A stretch of DNA of 32,408 nt from IMG/VR virus record IMGVR_UViG_3300044701_003603, positions 1-32,408 of that record. One strand, given 5' to 3'. Origin of the DNA: a virus. Lineage: Duplodnaviria; Caudoviricetes. Made by a program: the position numbers and the translations under genes. Under the pieces are notes generated by a model. The model saw nothing but the letters and a program-made list of their open reading frames with translations. It was not told the DNA's origin and ran no database searches. The first letter of the stretch is position 1; the number at the start of each line of letters is the position of its first letter. Positions 8,522 through 16,402 of this stretch are shown here, one piece after another.

Positions 8522-8971
8522 ATGACTGTTTTTGAACTCCCAGCCAACACGAAGAGCGCCACCGGGTTTACCCACAAGGCGATCATCACGCACAGCGACC
8601 TCACCGAGTCCACCGCCGACACCGACCAGACGCTCTCGCTTCTGGCCCTCGAAGCCGGCGATGTGGTCACCACGGCCGCCTGGAAACTGGTCACGCCCTT
8701 CAAGGATGCCAGCGACAGCGCCCTCAACGACACCAAGGTTCAGCTCGGTGACAGCTCCGACGACGACGAATACGTCGCCGCCACGCAGGTCAACGAGAAC
8801 GGCACCGAAGTCCTTTTCGCCGCCGCTGCTCCCGCCTCCGTTCCGTTCGTTTACACGGCGGCCAACGCGGTCGAACTCTTGGTTGAGTCGATGACGGCCA
8901 AAAGCCTCAGCAACATCGACACCGGTGAACTTCACGTTTACCTGGGCGTCGCCAAACTGAGCGACCTCTAA
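8522..8971 (+). CDS. Putative capsid decoration/cement protein
   Basis: 149-aa acidic beta-rich protein directly after the MCP, with an AGGAG RBS. Confidence 0.6.
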   Translation: MTVFELPANTKSATGFTHKAIITHSDLTESTADTDQTLSLLALEAGDVVTTAAWKLVTPFKDASDSALNDTKVQLGDSSDDDEYVAATQVNENGTEVLFAAAAPASVPFVYTAANAVELLVESMTAKSLSNIDTGELHVYLGVAKLSDL

Positions 8972-8984
8972 GCGTCTTAACACA

Positions 8985-9008
8985 CGGCGGCTCCTTCGGG
9001 AGCCGTCG
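8985..9008 (+). terminator. Stable C(UUCG)G hairpin after the capsid genes (attenuator or mRNA 3' stabiliser)
   Basis: CGGCGGCTCC-TTCG-GGAGCCGTCG, 10-bp stem. No U-tract follows. Confidence 0.55.
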
Positions 9009-9016
9009 CAGTTAGG

Positions 9017-9355
9017 ATGTCAGATCAAATCTTCGGCGATCTGGTCGCCGACATGGATGGCGAGCTGGCCCAGCTCGTCCGGGATGAGCTGAAGACCGGC
9101 TGGCACGCCCAGCAAGTCATGGCCGGCATCCAATCCACCCGCGCCAAGCAGCTCAACGACCAGATCGAGCACTGCACCGTCGATGGTCTCGGCCAGCATG
9201 TCATGGACGTGCCGGCCGATGCTTATTTCGCGTGGCAACAGCATCTTGGCCGCGACTGCTGGGGCGACAAATCGTTCCGCTCTTGGTTCCTCAAGAAAAA
9301 CCCGCAGTGCGCGGTCAACTACACTCCACGCAATCCCTCCATCCTCGTCCCATGA
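9017..9355 (+). CDS. Hypothetical protein (head module)
   Basis: 112-aa ORF ending FRSWFLKKNPQC...; ATGA-coupled to the portal. Confidence 0.7.
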   Translation: MSDQIFGDLVADMDGELAQLVRDELKTGWHAQQVMAGIQSTRAKQLNDQIEHCTVDGLGQHVMDVPADAYFAWQQHLGRDCWGDKSFRSWFLKKNPQCAVNYTPRNPSILVP

Positions 9356-11448
9356 CTCTTAAACGAGAAGACCTCACCAAGATCATCGGCGACATCGACC
9401 AGGCTGACGCTGACGGCTCCCAGTATCAGCAGCGCAAGGTCAAAAACTTCAACACCCGCTACTGCATCTGGCCGGGGCAGACCGACGACGGCCGCAAGCA
9501 CCAGAGCGCCTACGGCAAGAAAATCTTCCCCTTTGAGAATGCGGCCGACACCCGGGTTTTTCTTTCCGAATCGCTGATTCGCGAGCGTGTCATCGCCTTG
9601 GTCAACGCCTTCTTCAAGGCCCGCATCCAAGTGCAGCCCGTCGAGTCCATGGACGTGGCCAAAAAGAACGCCATCGACACCGTCCTCAAGTGGCTCATGG
9701 GCCATTGCCTTGATGACCTCCGGCGCGAAGTCCGCCTCGCCGCCGAGACCCGCGAGACCTATGGCCTCGCCATCATGGCCATCGATTGGGAGCAGCAGAC
9801 CCGCGTCGAGATCAAGACGTTCACCATGGAAGAGGCCATGATGATGCTGCAGGAAAGCCAAGACCCCAACCTGCAAGCCCTCCTTGAGGTTATCCTCGAC
9901 CCAGAGCAAGAAGAACTCGCTGCGCAGTTGATGGGCGAAATCATCCCCGAGCTGGGCACCACCGCCAAAGTCCGCCAGTTCCGCGAAAAGGGCGAAGTCG
10001 AATGGGAGCAGCCCTACATTTTCTCCAGCAAGCCGGTCGTCCGCAGCCTCGAGCCTTGGGAAGACATCATCTTCCCCATCCAGACCGACAGCATCCAGCG
10101 CGCCCCCTTTGTCGCCCGCCGGGAACTCCTCAGCGAATTTGAACTCCGCGAGCGCGCCACGCTGGAAGGCTGGGACAGCGAATGGGTCGAGCGCGCCGTG
10201 AAGCACAAGGGCGAGCTGAAGCGCATCCACCTCAACATCCACCGCAGCGACAACTTCCTCTTCGAGCAGCTCCGCGACCTCATCGAAGTCTGGCACGTCT
10301 ACAAAAAGGAGCACGACCCGCGCACCAACGCCACCAAGGTCACCCGCACCGTCCTCAGCTACAACATCACTGACAAGCCGGCCATCCATGAGCTGATGCC
10401 GTATGACCACGGCTTGTATCCCTTCGTTGAATTGCCCCGCGAGCGCAACACCCGCCCGCTACTGGAGGCGCGCGGCATCCCCGAGATCACCCAGACCGCG
10501 CAGGAAGAGTGCAAGATCCAGCGCGATGCGCGGGTTGATGCCACCAGTCTCAGCATCATTCCTCCGCTTAAAACCCCGGCCGCGCGCGGAAAATTTGACC
10601 TTGTCCTCGGCCCCGGCGTGCAAATCCCCGAGCGCCGCCCAGGTGAAATCTCTTGGATGGCCCCGCCGCCATTCGGCCAGGGCAGCATTGAGGTCGAGAT
10701 GGCCACCCGCGCCGATGTGGACCGCTACTTCGGCCGCATGACCGACACGGTCAACCCCAACATCTCCATGCTCCACATGCAGGAGCTGGTCGATTCGTGG
10801 CTCCTCGACATGAAGCTGGTCGTCTCCCAGATCATGCAGCTCGCCCAGCAATACATGACGCCGGAAGAGGTCGCCCGCATCACCGGCAACCCGGTCGCCA
10901 TGACCGAAGGCGCCGCCGACATCCGCGGTCAGTTTGACGTGGTAGCGGATTTCGATGCCCGCACGCTCGACGCAGCCGCCCTCGAGGCCAAACTTACGTT
11001 CGTCGCAAACACCCTAGTGCCCCTGGATTCTTTCGGAGTTTTGGACCGAGCAAATTTGATCCGCTACATGATGGCGGCCCTCGACCAAAACCTCGCCGAC
11101 ATCTTGGTGCAAGACATCGGCGCCGCCACCGCCGCCGAGCAAGAAGACGAGCAAGGCGCCTTCGCCAAAATCGCCGCAGGCACCGAGCCGCCGCTCAAAG
11201 AAGGCGGACAAAACGCGCAGGTAAGACTGCAAACCTTGCAGCAAATCATCCAGAGCAATCCGGCGGTTCAGCAGCGGTATCAGCAGGACGAAATCTTCCG
11301 CAGCATGATCGACGCGAGAGCACAAGCCTTCCAATTTCAATTGCAACAGCAACAAAACGCCGTCATCGGCCGCACCGGCGCCCAGCCCGCGCTGCAAAAG
11401 ATGGCGCAAGACCAGCAGCTCGGCATGGCCGCCCAACCCGCCGCTTAA
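9352..11448 (+). CDS. Portal protein (podovirus type)
   Basis: About 698 aa, with WPGQTDDGRKH, YDHGLYPFVE, RGIPE and a Q-rich C-terminal barrel. ATG 9352. Confidence 0.82.
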   Translation: MTLKREDLTKIIGDIDQADADGSQYQQRKVKNFNTRYCIWPGQTDDGRKHQSAYGKKIFPFENAADTRVFLSESLIRERVIALVNAFFKARIQVQPVESMDVAKKNAIDTVLKWLMGHCLDDLRREVRLAAETRETYGLAIMAIDWEQQTRVEIKTFTMEEAMMMLQESQDPNLQALLEVILDPEQEELAAQLMGEIIPELGTTAKVRQFREKGEVEWEQPYIFSSKPVVRSLEPWEDIIFPIQTDSIQRAPFVARRELLSEFELRERATLEGWDSEWVERAVKHKGELKRIHLNIHRSDNFLFEQLRDLIEVWHVYKKEHDPRTNATKVTRTVLSYNITDKPAIHELMPYDHGLYPFVELPRERNTRPLLEARGIPEITQTAQEECKIQRDARVDATSLSIIPPLKTPAARGKFDLVLGPGVQIPERRPGEISWMAPPPFGQGSIEVEMATRADVDRYFGRMTDTVNPNISMLHMQELVDSWLLDMKLVVSQIMQLAQQYMTPEEVARITGNPVAMTEGAADIRGQFDVVADFDARTLDAAALEAKLTFVANTLVPLDSFGVLDRANLIRYMMAALDQNLADILVQDIGAATAAEQEDEQGAFAKIAAGTEPPLKEGGQNAQVRLQTLQQIIQSNPAVQQRYQQDEIFRSMIDARAQAFQFQLQQQQNAVIGRTGAQPALQKMAQDQQLGMAAQPAA

Positions 11449-11475
11449 TTATAGCGAAATTAGAAAGTTTATCCC

Positions 11476-11694
11476 GTGCATCCTAACATTAACGTCCGCA
11501 ACGTCGCCGGATTAAATATTCCGCAGCACGACTATCTCTCGATCAGCTACTACGGCAGCACCAACAACATCCAGACTGTCACCTACAAAGAAGGCGGCAG
11601 CGGAGGCCAAACAGTCGCCACGCTGACCTTCTCCTACACGACCAATCCGCCAACGACCAACGACGCGGACCTCGCTGCCGTCACCCGCTCTTAG
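11476..11694 (+). CDS. Small virion-associated hypothetical protein
   Basis: 72 aa with GTG start; TVTYKEGGSGGQTVATLTFSY beta-hairpin pattern. Confidence 0.65.
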   Translation: MHPNINVRNVAGLNIPQHDYLSISYYGSTNNIQTVTYKEGGSGGQTVATLTFSYTTNPPTTNDADLAAVTRS

Positions 11695-11719
11695 TCTCTT
11701 AGTCTTTTAGTCTCTTTTA
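11689..11719. repeat. Short tandem octamer repeat (TCTTAGTC)~3.5
   Basis: tcttagtc tcttagtc ttttagtc tctttta between a stop codon and the tail fiber ATG. Confidence 0.7.
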
Positions 11720-11721
11720 CC

Positions 11722-12786
11722 ATGCCTTGGACGTTTAACCCCTTCAGCGGCACGTTCGATCAAAAAGGATCGGGCGGCGGCGGTGGTGCGTCCTACATCG
11801 ACGGCGAGGTAGCGACCTATGCGGACCTTCCGCTAGACGGCTCGGCCGCTCTCAACACCGCATGGCTTGTGCGCGAGGCCAGCGGCGTCTGGCCGGTGAG
11901 CCGCAAGCAGGCGGGCATTTATATTCGCACAGCCACCGGCGGCAGCAGCAGGGACGCTGACTACACCTACGCTGGCACCATGCCGGATGTGTTCAGCGAT
12001 GCGCAGTTCACTCTCTACGGAGACGTGGACTCCACGAAAAACGTAAAGTTCAACGTAGACGCCCAAGTCGGCGCAAACCAAACCCGCGTAATCACCGTCC
12101 CAAACAAAAACATCACGCTGGACGACGCAGGCGACTCTCGGACGCCAACCTCCCACACCCACGGCAACCTAACCAACGCGGGAGCCATCGGCACCACCGC
12201 CAACCTCCCGCTCAAAACAGGCACCAACGGCGTAGTCGAGGCGGGTTCTTTCGGCACGGCGGCAGGGAGCTTTTGCGAGGGGAATGATGCGCGGCTTTCG
12301 GATGACCGCGACCCGAACGCACACGCCGCAAGTCACGCCGCAGGGGGAAGCGATCCAATAGAGGCTGATGACTTGGCTGCGACTGGTGTTGCTGCCAGCA
12401 GTGTTTTAATTTCAAACGGCAGCGGGGGAACACAATGGTCTGGCGCTGGAGATCAGCTTACATTTGACCGTTTTGTAGCGACTGATGGAGCATCCGCAGA
12501 CGGAACCCAAATTCTGGGTGACGGTATTGTTTTCGATGATACAACGGTTCAAAACACCGCTTGGACGGGAAGCGTTGCCGCTTCGGCGGTCAGTGGAGCC
12601 ATCACCACATCGGGCCTCACCCAATCCACCGCAAGAATTTTAGGGCGCACGACAGCCAGCACAGGTGCCATCGAGGAAATCCAAATCGGCTCGGGCCTTT
12701 CGCTGTCGGCGGGGGAGCTTTCGGCTACGGGCGGAGGTGGCTCTTCCATCATGCAGTCCATCGCGGTCGGCTTCGTCCTCAACTAA
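11722..12786 (+). CDS. Tail fiber-like protein
   Basis: G/T/A-rich, with HTHGNLTNAG and HAASHAAGGSDP His-knot motifs, EGNDARLSD, and LGRTTASTGAIEEI...GSGLSLSAGELSA fiber repeats. Confidence 0.75.
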   Translation: MPWTFNPFSGTFDQKGSGGGGGASYIDGEVATYADLPLDGSAALNTAWLVREASGVWPVSRKQAGIYIRTATGGSSRDADYTYAGTMPDVFSDAQFTLYGDVDSTKNVKFNVDAQVGANQTRVITVPNKNITLDDAGDSRTPTSHTHGNLTNAGAIGTTANLPLKTGTNGVVEAGSFGTAAGSFCEGNDARLSDDRDPNAHAASHAAGGSDPIEADDLAATGVAASSVLISNGSGGTQWSGAGDQLTFDRFVATDGASADGTQILGDGIVFDDTTVQNTAWTGSVAASAVSGAITTSGLTQSTARILGRTTASTGAIEEIQIGSGLSLSAGELSATGGGGSSIMQSIAVGFVLN

Positions 12787-12804
12787 TGTGAAAGGAATAA
12801 AACT

Positions 12805-13182
12805 ATGGCAACTCCCAACATCAACGACGCCACCAAAAACATCACGGGCTACACCGCAGGCACCGCGCTATCCACAACTAACGCCACGGCGATCCTCAAC
12901 AACGCCGCCTCATCGGGCAAACTGATGAAGGTCAACTCGGTCTATGTCGCCAATGTGGACGGCACCAACGCCTGCGATGTGACCGTATCCTACTACACGC
13001 AAGACGACATCGGCGGCACGGCCTTCAGAATCGCCTCCACCGTCAGCGTCCCCGCTGATGCCACGGTTGTCGTGGTCAGCAAAGACGCTCCGCTCTATCT
13101 GCGCGAGGATTCGTCGCTCGGCGCAATGGCGGCAGTCGCCAGTGACCTTGAAGTGGTGGTCAGCTACGAGGAGATCAGCTAA
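12805..13182 (+). CDS. Virion structural protein (tail-fiber associated beta-sandwich)
   Basis: VANVDGTNACDVTV, ASTVSVPADAT and VSYEEIS motifs; context among fiber genes. Confidence 0.65.
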   Translation: MATPNINDATKNITGYTAGTALSTTNATAILNNAASSGKLMKVNSVYVANVDGTNACDVTVSYYTQDDIGGTAFRIASTVSVPADATVVVVSKDAPLYLREDSSLGAMAAVASDLEVVVSYEEIS

Positions 13183-13185
13183 CGC

Positions 13186-13977
13186 ATGATCGAAAACGCT
13201 AACATACTTGGCAAATATCAAGCTGCAAGGCTCGGTCAGTCCAGCGGGATGCACTCGCTGCAAGCCGTTGCTTTGCGGCGCAATGGCGGCGTGTGGCCCG
13301 TCAGCACCGCATCGTTACCTTACACAACAAATCTTTTTGCCCACTTTGACGCTAATGATGGCGCAACTATTTTTGACTCCAATAGCGGCGGGTCTGCCAC
13401 CACCAACGGCGGGGCCGTCGGGCGATGGGAAGACAAAAGCGGAAACGGCAGACACTTGGTGCAGGCCACGGCCAACAATCGCCCATTGCTAAGAACGGGT
13501 CATCGAGTCGGGCGCAGCGGCATTGAATTTGACGGAACCAATGACGGCTTGGCCTTTGTCGCCACACTGCCATCCGCTTGCACCATTTTTCATGTAATCA
13601 GCTCAAGCGTTTCAAACAAAATTCCGTTCAAAGAAGACGATTCAACCAATTATTTCGGCTATATTCACACGGCGGCTGGCGGTGGAAGCCAAAGTGCTGG
13701 CAATAATTTTCGATATTTCATCAATGGCGTTGCTACATCTGATTATGACTGGGTTCCAAGTGCTCAATTTGTTCGCTTCCACACCTTCAGCAACGGCGTT
13801 GTCACGACCTGTATCCGCAATCTGACGCTTAACACATGGAGCGGGCTGTCGCTCGCCGATTATTCTAATTTTGTGTGGTCGGGCTTTTTCTACGAGTTAA
13901 TCATTTATAGCGAGAGCATCAGCGACGCCAACAGGGCGCTAGTCGAAGCATACTTAATGAGTAAATGGCGCACCTAA
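13186..13977 (+). CDS. LamG/ConA-like lectin-domain receptor-binding protein
   Basis: HFDAND...VGRWEDKSGNGRHLVQAT...FDGTND...ELIIYS...VEAYLMSKW pattern. The 3' half is lower in GC. Confidence 0.7.
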   Translation: MIENANILGKYQAARLGQSSGMHSLQAVALRRNGGVWPVSTASLPYTTNLFAHFDANDGATIFDSNSGGSATTNGGAVGRWEDKSGNGRHLVQATANNRPLLRTGHRVGRSGIEFDGTNDGLAFVATLPSACTIFHVISSSVSNKIPFKEDDSTNYFGYIHTAAGGGSQSAGNNFRYFINGVATSDYDWVPSAQFVRFHTFSNGVVTTCIRNLTLNTWSGLSLADYSNFVWSGFFYELIIYSESISDANRALVEAYLMSKWRT

Positions 13978-14267
13978 TGAACCGATATTTTACAGTAGAA
14001 GCAAATGCCTACGAGCAGACTCGCCTTGCCGTGGATGCCGCATGGGGATTTTCCGAAACAGAAACCAGCATCGAGCCGCTGGCATCTGCTCCAAAGGACG
14101 CCGATGGAAAAGTGCTAATCTCCATTAGAACCGTCCATTGCGAGATGGAGCCGTTTAAGAGCGCCGTTGAAGGGCTGCTCGCCAGCGGCGCGGCCACCGA
14201 AATTACGCAAGCCGACTACGAAGCTGCGCTGCTTGCGTCTGTGCTGCCGATAGGAGGGCAAGAATAA
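13977..14267 (+). CDS. Hypothetical protein
   Basis: ORF coupled to the previous stop (TAAATG at 13965 or TAATG at 13977), ending TEITQADY. Confidence 0.6.
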   Translation: MNRYFTVEANAYEQTRLAVDAAWGFSETETSIEPLASAPKDADGKVLISIRTVHCEMEPFKSAVEGLLASGAATEITQADYEAALLASVLPIGGQE

Positions 14268-14365
14268 TGAATCCCACACCCGCACCAGCGGAGTCTTTCG
14301 GCCAGCCGCAGGCGAGCTTTGCGGAGGCGAGTGGGGAGGCTGTGGCTGACTTAAACACCCAATGA
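14267..14365 (+). CDS. Possible 32-aa mini-ORF (not in ORF track)
   Basis: MNPTPAPAESFGQPQASFAEASGEAVADLNTQ, with an AGGAGG RBS, TAATG coupling upstream and ATGA coupling downstream. Confidence 0.4.
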   Translation: MNPTPAPAESFGQPQASFAEASGEAVADLNTQ

Positions 14366-14979
14366 GGACTGTAACTTTACAATCTATATTGCTCCGCGCA
14401 TGGCAACGCGCAGGCAACGACGGCTCGGATATTTCTAACATCCCATCCGGCGCCAAGACCATGATGGTCGCCGCCGCCAACGAACGCATCGCCGACTGCT
14501 GGGAATGGGCGGATTGGCCGGAACTAATGCGCGTCGAAAGCCGCACCGTGCAGGGCGATGCTACGAACGGCTATTACATCGACTACGAGCAGAGCGGCCA
14601 GACCGCCATGGGCGAGGTCTTTGGCGTCCTAAGAGACAACCCTGCAACCCACGCCGCTCCCCGCGCCATTGGCTTTACGCTCCTCGGAGATGCCATTCGC
14701 TTCCCCGAAGACACCGACCTGCCGACTAGCGTCTGGGTCAACTACCGCATCCGCCCGACAGAATACTCAGCAAGCAACCTCACCGCCACCGTGCCCGCCG
14801 TCATCGCAAAAGCAGTCGGCTACCTCCTGACCTCGGATCTTTTGACCGAAGACGGCCAGCTCGACAAAGCACTCGCCATGGAACAGCTCGCCGAGTCCGA
14901 GCTGATTAGCCAGCGCGACAAATATTACTTTCAGCAGAGCCAACCCTCCATGTGGACCGCCCGCGTCAACCAATACTAA
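14362..14979 (+). CDS. Head-tail adaptor / tail tubular protein A-like
   Basis: 205 aa, with ANERIADCWEWADWPEL and C-terminal helices; size and position fit. Confidence 0.6.
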   Translation: MRTVTLQSILLRAWQRAGNDGSDISNIPSGAKTMMVAAANERIADCWEWADWPELMRVESRTVQGDATNGYYIDYEQSGQTAMGEVFGVLRDNPATHAAPRAIGFTLLGDAIRFPEDTDLPTSVWVNYRIRPTEYSASNLTATVPAVIAKAVGYLLTSDLLTEDGQLDKALAMEQLAESELISQRDKYYFQQSQPSMWTARVNQY

Positions 14980-14983
14980 TCCT

Positions 14984-15241
14984 ATGAACCCTAACGTCAG
15001 AACAACGAACAAAGCCAACGGCGTCCGCCTCATCTCCGACACCACGGCCGTCACCGGAACATTCAGCGTTGTCGAAAGCCTCGACGCCGCGACCAAGTTC
15101 CACACGCTCGCAGGCAACCAGACCAACGTGGCGAACACCACCGGCGCCAGCGCCTATGCGTTTCCGGTCGGCACCGCCATCGAAGGCAGCTTCACCGAGA
15201 TCAAGCTGCACGCCGGTGCCGTGCTTGCCTACTTGAAGTAA
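14984..15241 (+). CDS. Small virion hypothetical protein
   Basis: 85 aa ending FPVGTAIEGSFTEIKLHAGAVLAY. Confidence 0.65.
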   Translation: MNPNVRTTNKANGVRLISDTTAVTGTFSVVESLDAATKFHTLAGNQTNVANTTGASAYAFPVGTAIEGSFTEIKLHAGAVLAYLK

Positions 15242-15261
15242 CGCATCTGAGGAGCCGCGCG

Positions 15262-15471
15262 ATGAGCCTGTCGTATTTTCATCATAACATGAGCACCACC
15301 GAGAAGGGTGTGCTTGGAACGGTTACTAGCATCGGCTCAAGCGTCTTCTCAATGCTCCCTCACCTAGAAACAACCCTGCGAGTCGCCGGTCTATGTGTCG
15401 GCCTCGCGGTCGGCATCGTCACCCTAATTTCGGTCCTTCACGACCTGAGAAAGAAACAGAAGCAAAAATAA
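15262..15471 (+). CDS. Holin/antiholin-like membrane protein
   Basis: Hydrophobic segments plus a basic C-tail (RKKQKQK); first gene of the lysis cluster. Confidence 0.55.
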   Translation: MSLSYFHHNMSTTEKGVLGTVTSIGSSVFSMLPHLETTLRVAGLCVGLAVGIVTLISVLHDLRKKQKQK

Positions 15472-15472
15472 T

Positions 15473-15646
15473 ATGCGTAACTACAAAACAACCCTCCTCG
15501 GAATCCTCACAATCATCGCATCGCTCTCGACCGCTGGCCGCGAGTTCTTGGCCAACGGCAGCGTGCCCGACCTCGGCCTCATCGCCGCGAGCCTGCTCGC
15601 CGGTTGGGGATTGGTCATGGCCAAAGACAACAACGCCCGCCTCTGA
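15473..15646 (+). CDS. Holin-like two-TM protein, 57 aa (not in ORF track)
   Basis: MRNYKTTLLGILTIIASLSTAGREFLANGSVPDLGLIAASLLAGWGLVMAKDNNARL; the NxKTTxxG...GLxxAKD pattern is typical of small phage holin-like proteins. Confidence 0.65.
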   Translation: MRNYKTTLLGILTIIASLSTAGREFLANGSVPDLGLIAASLLAGWGLVMAKDNNARL

Positions 15647-15650
15647 CTCC

Positions 15651-15806
15651 ATGCCCGCCCGCGTCACAAAAGCCATTGCAGTTGCGATCCTCGCCGTGAG
15701 CTGGGCTGTCGCTGCGGCTGGCTGCGTGACCATCGGCTATGACTTCCTGAAGCAGCAGGCCACCGTCACGTTCGACGCAAAGACTGTCAAAGAGCCGACC
15801 AAGTGA
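15651..15806 (+). CDS. Small lipoprotein (spanin-like candidate), 51 aa
   Basis: MPARVTKAIAVAILAVSWAVAAAG-C: basic n-region, hydrophobic h-region and an AAGC lipobox. GTGA coupling to the lysin gene. Confidence 0.6.
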   Translation: MPARVTKAIAVAILAVSWAVAAAGCVTIGYDFLKQQATVTFDAKTVKEPTK

Positions 15807-16366
15807 TCCCCAAAAGCCGACCACAACAAAAGCGCAACGAGACGCTGAAGCAGCTCAAGGCTGCCAACGTCAGCGATCCAGTGTGCTTGGTCGGCATTCG
15901 TGGCTACTACCGCGACAGCATGGGCGCCAAGGGCAAGCAGGATCGCGGAATCTACGACGATGCCATCATCCTTGTCTCGCCCAACGCGCACGTTGCCTTC
16001 AACGCCAACGTCGATCCGGCCCGATACGGCATCAACCCAAAGATCGGAAAAGGCTACGCATCGCTCAAGTCAGGTGTCTACCGCTACAAGCTGGGTAAGC
16101 ACGGCATTCGGAGCGGCAACCCTTACAAAGCTCTGGTCCAAGGCGATGCAGTCACCGTCCAGCGCGACGGCGGCAAGGAGGAGACCGGCTTCTTCGGCAT
16201 CAACATCCATCGCGGCGGAATCACCCGCACCAACAGCGAAGGATGCCAGACCCTGCCGCCCGCCCAGTGGCCCGCCTTCATCTCCCTCGTCGAGTCTGAG
16301 ATGAAGCGCAACAACGCCAAAACCGTCAGCTACGTCCTGACCCATCCCCGCAAAGACATCTCCTAA
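15803..16366 (+). CDS. Putative endolysin with an L,D-transpeptidase (YkuD)-like His/Cys catalytic motif
   Basis: GINIHRGG...NSEGCQT resembles H-x(n)-S-x-G-C; also LVGIRGYY and YDDAI. Located after the holin-like genes. Confidence 0.65.
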   Translation: MIPKSRPQQKRNETLKQLKAANVSDPVCLVGIRGYYRDSMGAKGKQDRGIYDDAIILVSPNAHVAFNANVDPARYGINPKIGKGYASLKSGVYRYKLGKHGIRSGNPYKALVQGDAVTVQRDGGKEETGFFGINIHRGGITRTNSEGCQTLPPAQWPAFISLVESEMKRNNAKTVSYVLTHPRKDIS

Positions 16367-16367
16367 C

Positions 16368-16402
16368 CCTTTCACTTTCACCCTCACTCCTCACTTCCTC
16401 TT
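16368..16402. repeat. Pyrimidine-rich TCAC(Y)n short tandem repeat
   Basis: tttcac tttcac cctcac tcctcac ttcctc directly upstream of the tailspike ATG. Confidence 0.55.
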
